DNA of 64,000 bases from a virus. How positions within the stretch are numbered: position 1 is the first letter of the stretch; each line of letters begins with the position of its first letter. The notes under the pieces were generated by a model. The model had not been told where the DNA came from. It made no database searches and was given only the letters and a program-made list of their open reading frames with translations. The position numbers and the translations under genes are program-made. Shown piece after piece: positions 56,318 through 64,000 of the stretch. The stretch covers positions 49,003 to 113,002 of the IMG/VR virus record IMGVR_UViG_3300042542_005394. One strand, 5' to 3'.

Positions 56318-58993
56318 CTACTTGATCAAACTACTCAACTGAATCTTAAATAGGTCAATATTTTCCTGACTCATCTGCTCAACCCAATCCCTACTCTGCT
56401 TTCCATAGTATGAGCGATCTTCAATGATGGGATTCTGATTAGATTTAAGGTCTACCAGATTACCAGAGACTTGATGATTTCCCATAATAAACTTGAGCAT
56501 AGGATTCTTGTCTACCTCAGTTTTAATCTTTTCCCTAATCTCAGAGATTCTCCATCTCTTCAAATCTTCCGTAGAAGTTCCACGGATAATCTTGAGATAA
56601 ACATCTGACTTACTATCACCAGCATACAAGTAATTAACAATCATTTTTGTCAAGGTGTTGTAGGCCAAATTAGCATTACGAATCTCCTTGCCATCAACAT
56701 TATCAATACCAACCTCTTTCATAAGCTTAGAGATATGGGAAAGATATTCTGTTTGATTGAACCTTGGAATATTAAAAGGACTCACATGAACAGTATTAGC
56801 AAAGAACTCTGTGAGCATGGTCTTATTCAAGCAATCCACAAGAGTCTTGTTGCCAATAAACTTATCATAATCCAGACCAAAGATATTCAGAATATGAAAC
56901 ATAAACTGCTTATCTGTTGTTCCGTGTTGATAATATCTGTATCCTCCGGTACTCCTCTCCTCTTCTGCGTAATCCTTCTTGCAATATTCAACAAGCTTGT
57001 TAATAGAAGCAAGATTCTTAAAGTGTTTTTGTGCTACAACTTTGAGTTGACGCTTCAGAAAATCATTGAAGTTAATAAGATTGTAGTTATCCTTCTCAAG
57101 CTTTTTAAGGAAAGCTGTTTTGATAGCATAAATCTTACTATTACTAATCAAGTCTTTTGTTATGCTCTTTAGAGTATCCTCTTGGAGGGTTCTAGCAATA
57201 TCAGCAATCTCTGGACAACCAGACTCAGGTTCAGTTCCATACCTCAACATGGGAACATAAATAATCTCATCTTGTTCCAGAAAGTTTTCTAGTTGTTCTT
57301 CTGAAAGAATTCTTAGATGTGTAGCATCATTATAAGGGTTTGTAATTTGCTTACTATCCTTATCATAACCGTGAATAAAGAATACGTCTTGGTCACTGAC
57401 ACTACCATGAGAATTTCTATTGTAAGACTTTCTTGGGCCAGAACTTTGTGTCAGATGCTTATAATCTGAAACCTTCAGTAGATTTTCAGCACCAACATCT
57501 TCGATCAGTTGATCAAAACCTTCATTGCTTTTTGTATGATCCTTAGTGTCGATCATCAGATAAGCAAAGCAATCGTTAGCATTACAATATCTTGTGAGAA
57601 TTTTCTTGGCACTTTCTTCACTGGCAACGTCACACACAAAGAAAGCCATTGTACCCTTCTTCTTCTGATTATTCCAATAATAGGAACCTTTACCAGTAAG
57701 AGTTTCGTGATGGATTCTGTCTGTTAGAGCAACTTGGCGACGAGAACGATAGCCAGCCGTCTTATAATTAAAAACGTACAGACTCTTACCGGCAGGAATT
57801 TTATATTCCAAGTCATTACCAGAGTTGATAGGATGATCTTTACCCTTGGGATCAGTCCAAGTAGCACCAACACCCCAGCCGCCAGCCAATTCATTCATAG
57901 TATAATATGAAGTAATTGCTTCTACCTTGTTTTGGGCAGCTTGAATTTTCTTGGAGAATTCTTCCTTCATCTCCATGTAAATTTCTTGAGTCTTTTTACG
58001 CAGGGTCTTGATTACGTCCTTAGTATACTGCAAACCTTCACGGGAAACATCCATTTCCAGTTCACCGATACCAAAATCAAGCTCAAGATATAGGCCAGAA
58101 TTAAGAATCTCTCCCACAAAGCTCTTCCAAGAATCAATATCTGCTTTCTGGAAAGCTCTATTCCACTTCTGAATATGATCGGGCATTTCTTCCTTTTCTT
58201 GACCAACAATCTGTGCGGTCTGAACAGGATAGGCAATATTACCCATGATAGCTACGATACCACTATCAATTCGATGATAATTGCTGGGGAAATAACTGTT
58301 GTCATTATTAAGACGGCAAACTCTCCAACCTTCACCACTGATAATGATATTGGTGTTGCTGTACTTATGATCTTGCAGATTATTCCCGATACCACCTTCA
58401 AGGATGGGTTTCATGCGAAAATAATGGAAGATTCTCTTAGCCTTATCAGTAAACTCTTGAAAGTCATGCTGCTTAACAGCAAAACTAATCTCAAGACCAT
58501 TAGGCTCAGATGTAGTAGAAGTATTAAAAAGATTCAGAGTAGGAACACCACTCTCGTCAATCGCTGCAATGTAAGTATACTTCTTTCCGTTGAAGTATGA
58601 TGCAGTAGTAAAACTCTTGGTATATGCGAAGGGACTCTTAGACCCTAGACCAAGACAACCAACAAAATCATTGCTATCATTCTTGTTGGATGCTCCGTAG
58701 GTTGTATACAAGTCCTCCATATCTTCCTGACTAAGACCAGTACCATAATCTCTCACAACAAAAGTGGGATTAGCAGCAGTGGGCAAAGTAACCTTGAAGG
58801 GATTCTTATTCCCGGCAGAGATATGACTATCATAAGCATTAGTAGAAAGCTCACGAATCGCAGCCATAACCTTATCAGAATAAAGAGAGTCTGAAAGGAT
58901 TTTAAACATTTTGCTCGTCTGAGCAATATTAAACTGATTCCTGCTTGCAACACCAACGCTATGAGTCTCAATCGTCCTATCTGCCAACTTCAT
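56318..58993 (-). CDS. rIIA: rIIA-like protein (N-terminal GHKL ATPase)
   Basis: LYSDK..IRELSTNAYDSH, RDYGTG, GCLGLGSKSPFAY, SREGL. Confidence 0.9.
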   Translation of the reverse strand: MKLADRTIETHSVGVASRNQFNIAQTSKMFKILSDSLYSDKVMAAIRELSTNAYDSHISAGNKNPFKVTLPTAANPTFVVRDYGTGLSQEDMEDLYTTYGASNKNDSNDFVGCLGLGSKSPFAYTKSFTTASYFNGKKYTYIAAIDESGVPTLNLFNTSTTSEPNGLEISFAVKQHDFQEFTDKAKRIFHYFRMKPILEGGIGNNLQDHKYSNTNIIISGEGWRVCRLNNDNSYFPSNYHRIDSGIVAIMGNIAYPVQTAQIVGQEKEEMPDHIQKWNRAFQKADIDSWKSFVGEILNSGLYLELDFGIGELEMDVSREGLQYTKDVIKTLRKKTQEIYMEMKEEFSKKIQAAQNKVEAITSYYTMNELAGGWGVGATWTDPKGKDHPINSGNDLEYKIPAGKSLYVFNYKTAGYRSRRQVALTDRIHHETLTGKGSYYWNNQKKKGTMAFFVCDVASEESAKKILTRYCNANDCFAYLMIDTKDHTKSNEGFDQLIEDVGAENLLKVSDYKHLTQSSGPRKSYNRNSHGSVSDQDVFFIHGYDKDSKQITNPYNDATHLRILSEEQLENFLEQDEIIYVPMLRYGTEPESGCPEIADIARTLQEDTLKSITKDLISNSKIYAIKTAFLKKLEKDNYNLINFNDFLKRQLKVVAQKHFKNLASINKLVEYCKKDYAEEERSTGGYRYYQHGTTDKQFMFHILNIFGLDYDKFIGNKTLVDCLNKTMLTEFFANTVHVSPFNIPRFNQTEYLSHISKLMKEVGIDNVDGKEIRNANLAYNTLTKMIVNYLYAGDSKSDVYLKIIRGTSTEDLKRWRISEIREKIKTEVDKNPMLKFIMGNHQVSGNLVDLKSNQNPIIEDRSYYGKQSRDWVEQMSQENIDLFKIQLSSLIK

Positions 58994-59035
58994 CTGTATT
59001 CTCCAAAAAGTGTTATCGTTCCCTGTGATGGCTCA

Positions 59036-59064
59036 AGTATATCATCGGCAAACCGTCTTGTCAA
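59036..59064 (-). promoter_or_regulatory. Sigma70-like promoter TTGACA-17-TATACT upstream of rIIA
   Basis: Near-consensus hexamers with 17-nt spacer. Confidence 0.75.
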
Positions 59065-59312
59065 GCTCCAGTTTTCTTTTCTCGTCTGTCGGCTATTATT
59101 TTAAAACCTATGGCTATGTCTATCAGACCCAAAACTTTTAAAAAGACCACTGGCAACGTGAATGTCATTCCCCCAACCAGTATGCAGAGAAGTCCCATTA
59201 TCCAGACAACAACCTTTGGCATCCAATCAAATAATGATAATAAATAACTTAATGGCCCAATAATTAGCACAGATAAAAAAATTATTGTTACTAGTAGAGC
59301 TAAACTAGCCAT
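59061..59312 (-). CDS. Small membrane protein
   Basis: About three hydrophobic helices. Confidence 0.7.
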   Translation of the reverse strand: MASLALLVTIIFLSVLIIGPLSYLLSLFDWMPKVVVWIMGLLCILVGGMTFTLPVVFLKVLGLIDIAIGFKIIADRREKKTGA

Positions 59313-59629
59313 TAGTTATCTTCATCTTCATTTTCATCGAAGGTAAAATTACGATCCTCATATGGAGTCCAATCTTCATTTTCTTCATTTTCGTCCATTT
59401 CTGCAATCATATCTTCATCCAACTCAGCTTCATGCAATACAATAGTAATAGCTTCCAGAATATCATAGACTTTCTGTAAAACCCCATCCATTCTTTGGAT
59501 TTTAGTCTCAAGGCTTTTAATATTTCTTTTAAGTTCGCTAATGTCTTTAGATATATGAGTATCCATGTTATGTATTTCTTTATTGCTTTTCATAACTTCT
59601 TTTACTATATCATCTATATTTTTTGACAT
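59312..59629 (-). CDS. Coiled-coil protein with acidic tail
   Basis: Operonic ORF. Confidence 0.7.
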   Translation of the reverse strand: MSKNIDDIVKEVMKSNKEIHNMDTHISKDISELKRNIKSLETKIQRMDGVLQKVYDILEAITIVLHEAELDEDMIAEMDENEENEDWTPYEDRNFTFDENEDEDN

Positions 59630-59642
59630 CTTGATCTCTTTA

Positions 59643-59972
59643 CTATTTTAGTCGTTTATACTCTTTAATATCGCCGTTTTCAATAATTTTTTGGTTTTCA
59701 TAAGTTTCTGCAACTCGACGATAAAATTCTTGCTTAATATTCTCTAATACACCAGTAATCATAGCGATTTTAGAGTATGAAACATCCCCCATTACTCCGC
59801 TTAATATTCTGGAAAAACAGTAGTTAATTTTACCCAAAAGCATCATGGTTTGTTTGTCAGATAAACTATCTCCATTACAAATTTCTCCCTCTAAAGAACA
59901 CTTCATAATAAAAATAATATCGTCAATATGAGTATCAAATACTCTTCTATCTTCTTCTTTAATATATGGCAT
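59643..59972 (-). CDS. Conserved-type phage hypothetical protein
   Basis: MPYIK..GKINY..GVLENIKQEFYRR..YE..KI.ENGD. Confidence 0.75.
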   Translation of the reverse strand: MPYIKEEDRRVFDTHIDDIIFIMKCSLEGEICNGDSLSDKQTMMLLGKINYCFSRILSGVMGDVSYSKIAMITGVLENIKQEFYRRVAETYENQKIIENGDIKEYKRLK

Positions 59973-60497
59973 TTATTCTCCAGTACATTTACATTCATAT
60001 TTTAAACAATAGCTGCATTTGGGACCAGGATCAACATTCCCAAAATAATTTGCATCACCAAGCCAAGTTTCTTTACCAGTATCAATACAAACCAACTTTC
60101 TCTTTCCTTCTCTTATGATATATCCAAGATTATCCCAATGACAATCCCAAAATTTAAGCTTAGTTTTTGATTGAATTTTATCAACTAGCTTCTGTATTTT
60201 ATTTAGAGATACTGCGTTTTTATTGATTGTTTTAGCTACTTCAGTAAGATATCCCCACCCACTTTTTTGCCTAGGAAAAAGTACCTCATATTTTATTTTA
60301 CATAACTTAGAAAGTACCTTTGGTGCAAGATCATGCTTGCTTAATTTAAGTTGAATTTTTCTAGCATATTCAGCCCTAGCTTTTGATATGAATTCTTTAA
60401 ATGCTAATTGCTTATTATTACTAATACAATAAAATGTACAGTATCCACCATTCTCACTATATGAAAATAAATCAATAGTATATTTATTGTTAATCAT
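59973..60497 (-). CDS. Minimal protein-kinase-like protein
   Basis: Gly loop ENGGYC, AFK, DCHWDN catalytic loop, IDTG. Confidence 0.65.
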   Translation of the reverse strand: MINNKYTIDLFSYSENGGYCTFYCISNNKQLAFKEFISKARAEYARKIQLKLSKHDLAPKVLSKLCKIKYEVLFPRQKSGWGYLTEVAKTINKNAVSLNKIQKLVDKIQSKTKLKFWDCHWDNLGYIIREGKRKLVCIDTGKETWLGDANYFGNVDPGPKCSYCLKYECKCTGE

Positions 60498-60498
60498 A

Positions 60499-60822
60499 TT
60501 AATAAGAGATTACTTTTGGTTCTTCTCCGGTTAAATCTAGTAAAAAATTCAAAGCTTGATCAAGATCAAAAAATTCAGCAAGAAATCTGCCGGGACGAGT
60601 GTCATGTTTATGAAACCTAGCATAGATATGATAGAATGGCTCATCATAAGCATTGTTGTTTTTTTCTAGGAATTCGGCGGCGGTTTTTACTTCTTCTATA
60701 TAAGTACCACCATTGTAGTCATTATACTCTCGTACTGTAACAAGTTCTAGCTCCAATATTCTAGACTTTGGATGATTAAATGGAACTATAGATTTACAAA
60801 GAGTATTTGTATTGTGTTTCAT
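60499..60822 (-). CDS. Hypothetical protein
   Basis: Operonic ORF. Confidence 0.65.
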   Translation of the reverse strand: MKHNTNTLCKSIVPFNHPKSRILELELVTVREYNDYNGGTYIEEVKTAAEFLEKNNNAYDEPFYHIYARFHKHDTRPGRFLAEFFDLDQALNFLLDLTGEEPKVISY

Positions 60823-61226
60823 GTCTTTAATCTATAAAGAGGCACTACTGTATTCTGATCTATATATGGATTATTTTGGAGTCTCAGATCAAACAAATCC
60901 CCATACTTATTTAATCTGGCCCAAGCAACAGGTTTATCAAGAGAGTCTTTTAGATCTTGTATCTGTTGTGATGCTTCTAGATATTCATTAGTTTGTTCAA
61001 CAGCAAACTTATTAGCTCTATAAACTTCTGCTACCCACTCTTTGTTTTTCTCTCTTAATTTTTTAAGCTCATCTTTCGCATTATTTACCCAAAACATATC
61101 AGCACCAGAGGCCCAAGCAAAATCAATAATACTTTCAAGAGGATCAGAATGTTTTTCCATATAAGTTGCTAATTCTATAAAGGTTCTTCTTATACCATCT
61201 TCCCAGTTTTCATATTCTTCGATCAT
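60819..61226 (-). CDS. Hypothetical protein
   Basis: Operonic ORF. Confidence 0.65.
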   Translation of the reverse strand: MIEEYENWEDGIRRTFIELATYMEKHSDPLESIIDFAWASGADMFWVNNAKDELKKLREKNKEWVAEVYRANKFAVEQTNEYLEASQQIQDLKDSLDKPVAWARLNKYGDLFDLRLQNNPYIDQNTVVPLYRLKT

Positions 61227-61443
61227 TCTTTAGCTGTTCTATTTCTCTTTCCAATTTAGCTACTCTTTCATATATATCATGGTTAGCTAAATGAGGCAGG
61301 TCTTTTGCTGGTGTTTTGCCATCTCCAATTCTTGTATCCCACAACTCAGCAATGCTATCATACTGGTATAAGAATAGTTCGCCAAGTCTTGGGATAATAT
61401 CACAACCATTCTTGGCTTTTGGTAGACTAAAAGATCCATTCAT
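61210..61443 (-). CDS. Hypothetical protein
   Basis: Operonic ORF. Confidence 0.6.
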   Translation of the reverse strand: MNGSFSLPKAKNGCDIIPRLGELFLYQYDSIAELWDTRIGDGKTPAKDLPHLANHDIYERVAKLEREIEQLKNDRRI

Positions 61444-61658
61444 TCTAACACAGTAATTTCTGCTCCCTTCAATTCAGGCTTATAATATCCTGTCAAACTG
61501 TCCTTCTGATAAGTATCTTCAACAATGAATCTAATATCATACTTATTCTCCATTATGGAAACTTCTGAACGAGTAGAAATTTTCTTATTCTCAACAATAT
61601 ATTGAATGATTGCTGTTTTAATTTCTTCAGTAGTTAGGCTATATAGATTGTATGGCAT
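61440..61658 (-). CDS. Hypothetical protein
   Basis: Operonic ORF. Confidence 0.6.
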   Translation of the reverse strand: MPYNLYSLTTEEIKTAIIQYIVENKKISTRSEVSIMENKYDIRFIVEDTYQKDSLTGYYKPELKGAEITVLE

Positions 61659-61660
61659 AA

Positions 61661-61891
61661 TTAAAAATCATCTCCCATTCGATATTCATCAAACTTTTCT
61701 TGACATTCTTCATTAGCGTCATAATATCCAGTATCATAACCTTGTTCATGACCCATAGCATAAGCAGCCATCAGCCACTTAATTATATCGTCAGTTTTTC
61801 CTTTTGCAACACAATTTCTTATGTCACTTATAGCTCTTTCGTGTCTGACACTATATCCTTCGATTTCATTGAGCCAGTGGTCAAATGTCAT
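61661..61891 (-). CDS. Hypothetical protein
   Basis: Start refined to MTFDHW (AAAGGAA RBS) so it does not overlap the tRNA. Confidence 0.65.
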   Translation of the reverse strand: MTFDHWLNEIEGYSVRHERAISDIRNCVAKGKTDDIIKWLMAAYAMGHEQGYDTGYYDANEECQEKFDEYRMGDDF

Positions 61892-61910
61892 AAAAGTTCC
61901 TTTATTTAAG

Positions 61911-62202
61911 TACCCCCGGTCGGACTTGAACCGACAAGCCATTACTGGCAACGGATTTTCTTACTACTATAACTTTCGTTACCATTTCTGTTTGTAGTCT
62001 GGACTTTACCTTAACCGTAGTTATACAACATTAGGTTCCTGCCGTCAAGTCTCTACACCTTCTTAATATTTCTATTAAGCTTGGCTCGGTATTGCCATTT
62101 TACAGGTTTCACCGAATTTGACAGGTTCTACTTTAAAGATTTCTCTCTAAGCACTCCAATTTACTAAAAGTCCGTTGTGTTTGCCAATTTCACCACGGGG
62201 GC
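61911..62202 (-). tRNA. trnL: tRNA-Leu(UAA), exons 62202-62168 and 61959-61911, interrupted by a group I intron; CCA not encoded
   Basis: GCCCCCG/CGGGGGT acceptor, D-loop AAATTGGCAAA, ACGGA-CTT^AAAA-TCCGT anticodon arm, long variable arm, GTCGG-TTCAAGT-CCGAC T-arm. Confidence 0.92.
61960..62167 (-). mobile_element. Group I intron (208 nt, IC3-like, no ORF) in the tRNA-Leu anticodon
   Basis: Follows U, ends in G; core elements AAATTCGGTGAAACC, AATACCGAG, GTGTAGAGACT, AAAGTCCA resemble the cyanobacterial/plastid trnL intron core. Confidence 0.88.
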
Positions 62203-62206
62203 ATGA

Positions 62207-62292
62207 TGCCTCCAAGCTACATATCATAACGATTGGTTAGATGTTTGTCTATGTGTCTCTACCAATATTTATGAGGGATGTAGTTGGAAGCA
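62207..62292 (-). ncRNA. Long imperfect hairpin immediately 5' of tRNA-Leu
   Basis: TGCTTCCAA/TTGGAGGCA, CTACAT/ATGTAG, TCATAA/TTATGA, ATTGGTAGA/TCTAACCAAT nested stems. Confidence 0.45.
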
Positions 62293-62308
62293 TTTGGTTT
62301 AACTAAAC

Positions 62309-62593
62309 TCAGCCGTTAGAATGAGCAGCCTTTAGACGGCGAACTGTCTCAGCCATAGCCTCGACATTATCCACTGTCTTTGTGGGCTTTGCTCGCTCCA
62401 TCGCGGGCAGTTCAATACCCTTCTTAACCAAAGCTGCCTTTGTACGAGCATAACGAGCCATCGTACTAGCAACCTTCTGACCAGTCTTACCAGCAATCTC
62501 AGCATACGTCTTGCTGGAAAAAACTGCTTCAAGAAACTGGTCATCACTGCAACGAACACGACTTTGCTTTTCAACAGTAGTAACTTCAGCCAT
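62309..62593 (-). CDS. Small basic protein, possible HTH DNA-binding
   Basis: GGAGG RBS, strong promoter upstream, TYAEIAGKTG helix pattern. Confidence 0.72.
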   Translation of the reverse strand: MAEVTTVEKQSRVRCSDDQFLEAVFSSKTYAEIAGKTGQKVASTMARYARTKAALVKKGIELPAMERAKPTKTVDNVEAMAETVRRLKAAHSNG

Positions 62594-62651
62594 AATCAAC
62601 CTCCAAATTCTTAACCAATCTTACAAGTGAGGCTCAGTCGCATGACTGATC

Positions 62652-63269
62652 TTACCTCGCGTTGTTCCTTCGATTATACAGTATGGTATCGTCAATGTCA
62701 ATGGGCGACCTTGATTTTTTTTTCGTTCTCGCCAGAAATTGTTGTTGAATGTCTTTAAAACTCCAAGGAGTACCAAACTGTACCCCATCTCTTTTATTAT
62801 CCACGCCTACATCAAGCGTGAGCGTTCCAGAAGCAACGTCCTCACGATGCAGTCTGCCATGAACATGACCATACAGCATCCAACTTTTTCTATAACTACC
62901 AGACCAACTTCTCATTGGATAATGACACATAAATATTTTTTGATTGGTATACAGAATCATTTTTTGATATTCTATACTGGCAAATTCATTTCCAAACTTA
63001 TTTGCATTATCATGATTACCAAGAATTATATGAACGTACTGACTATTAATTCTTTCTCTGTATTCTTTAACATCTCCGCCTTTATGGCAGAAATCTCCTA
63101 TAATATAAAGAATATCATTTTTTGAGACTGTTTCATTTATAGACGAAATTATAGCGTCATCCATTTCTATTTTATGTGAGAAAGGACGATTGCAATATCC
63201 TCGTATCTTATCATGCCCCAGATGCAAATCAGCAGTAAAAAATACCTTCTGACCAACTATCCTATCCAT
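62652..63269 (-). CDS. Calcineurin-like metallophosphoesterase
   Basis: ADLHLGH, IGDF, GNHD, CHYP, GHVH, DVGVD. Confidence 0.92.
   Translation of the reverse strand: MDRIVGQKVFFTADLHLGHDKIRGYCNRPFSHKIEMDDAIISSINETVSKNDILYIIGDFCHKGGDVKEYRERINSQYVHIILGNHDNANKFGNEFASIEYQKMILYTNQKIFMCHYPMRSWSGSYRKSWMLYGHVHGRLHREDVASGTLTLDVGVDNKRDGVQFGTPWSFKDIQQQFLARTKKKSRSPIDIDDTILYNRRNNAR
62673..62701 (-). promoter_or_regulatory. Consensus sigma70 promoter TTGACA-17-TATAAT
   Basis: Perfect consensus within the 3' end of the phosphoesterase gene. Confidence 0.8.
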
Positions 63270-63273
63270 TAGA

Positions 63274-63459
63274 TTAATCCTCTGTTGGAAGAACCAGAGC
63301 CATTAGTAAATATGCCCAGAAAAGAATACTTCCGGTAAAAATTGCACCAGCAACAAAGCCCAGCCTAACTACAGAGACATCTAACCCTAGACTTTCTGCT
63401 AGTCCTCCACAAACACCAAAGAAAACTCTCTTCTTATTACTTTTGTGAAATTGATTCAT
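63274..63459 (-). CDS. pspC: PspC-domain membrane protein
   Basis: FGVCGGLAESLGLDVSVVRL..AYLLMALVLP. Confidence 0.88.
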   Translation of the reverse strand: MNQFHKSNKKRVFFGVCGGLAESLGLDVSVVRLGFVAGAIFTGSILFWAYLLMALVLPTED

Positions 63460-63559
63460 AAGATGATCCTTTAATAATTTGTTGAATCTCATAATCTGAA
63501 TAGCCAGAGATCAACATGGCTTGATAGTATCCTATAGAGGGAATTAGTTCTGAGATCAT
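63437..63559 (-). CDS. Possible 40-aa protein (not in ORF track)
   Basis: MISELIPSIGYYQAML... starts overlapping the upstream stop codon (ATGA). Confidence 0.4.
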   Translation of the reverse strand: MISELIPSIGYYQAMLISGYSDYEIQQIIKGSSYESISQK

Positions 63560-63840
63560 GATTTTTCCTGCGGTGAGTATAGAGTAATTTTAATTATTAT
63601 ATACCCATCCCTGCCACTGTCAATATTTTGTATTGCTGATATTCTTCCTTTACCCAAGAAAGAATCACCAACCAATAGGAATGGCCCACCATCTAGGTTA
63701 GCAGAAGTTATTACTGAGATATCCGATTGACAACCAAATTTTGCCCAATCACTTTCTCCCTCAATCAAATATTCGTATTCGCCAATTTGTGTTATTATTC
63801 TTTTGTTCTTGTTATCCTTAGACTGTAAGCATTGACTCAT
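63556..63840 (-). CDS. Hypothetical protein
   Basis: ORF on coding strand. Confidence 0.6.
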   Translation of the reverse strand: MSQCLQSKDNKNKRIITQIGEYEYLIEGESDWAKFGCQSDISVITSANLDGGPFLLVGDSFLGKGRISAIQNIDSGRDGYIIIKITLYSPQEKS

Positions 63841-64000
63841 TAAATGACTCGCTATCGAGAATGTAACCTTCGTTATTTTCTGACGCTAGGTTAGCAAGAA
63901 CGTCTTTTAGTCTTTGATTTTCTTGTTCAAGAGAGTTCATGATCTTCTCAGCTTGGTTTAGTGCTTTTTGTAAAGAAGCTACTCTGTCAGTTAATTTATC
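63818..64000 (-). CDS. C-terminal part of a coiled-coil protein entering from the window end
   Basis: Open frame DKLTDRVASLQKALNQAEKIMNSLEQENQRLK...MLTV*. Confidence 0.6.
   Translation of the reverse strand, partial: DKLTDRVASLQKALNQAEKIMNSLEQENQRLKDVLANLASENNEGYILDSESFNESMLTV

Noticed and set aside
61892-61951. N-terminal extension of ORF 61661-61951
   Set aside because: Overlaps tRNA-Leu exon 2; a better start with RBS is at 61891
1-64000. Stop-codon reassignment as seen in some large phages
   Set aside because: Known genes are full length in the standard code, and TAA, TAG and TGA all terminate tightly packed ORFs

Overview
AT-rich, gene-dense segment of a large tailed dsDNA phage genome. 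Nearly all genes lie on the minus strand; no ribosomal-protein or rRNA genes and no CRISPR array were seen. In order: (1) replication/recombination (partial DnaE-type polymerase, Cas4-like exonuclease, dNMP kinase, primase, DnaB, RecA); (2) PhoH, a MazG-like enzyme and a class Id-like ribonucleotide reductase; (3) an ~8 kb glycosylation island whose four-gene ADP-heptose cassette is the only convincing plus-strand unit; (4) a putative envelope/lysis module with a holin-like gene, membrane/secreted proteins, a papain-family protease split by a LAGLIDADG intein directly after its catalytic His, a paralogue lacking the catalytic Cys, and a 1284-aa repeat protein; (5) virion-type genes, a catalytically degenerate DeoC, ClpP, a sigma factor, PAP2 phosphatase, bacterioferritin, GMP reductase, tandem SET domains, a macrodomain, subtilisin and trypsin proteases, an actin-like ATPase and RuvB; (6) an early-type region with a RepB-like primase, rIIA/rIIB, sigma70-like promoters, a tRNA-like RNA and tRNA-Leu(UAA) interrupted by a 208-nt group I intron. 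A GGTGTA(T) motif recurs about 20-50 nt upstream of many genes and is a candidate promoter for the phage sigma factor. All assignments come from motif recognition by eye; no database searches were run.
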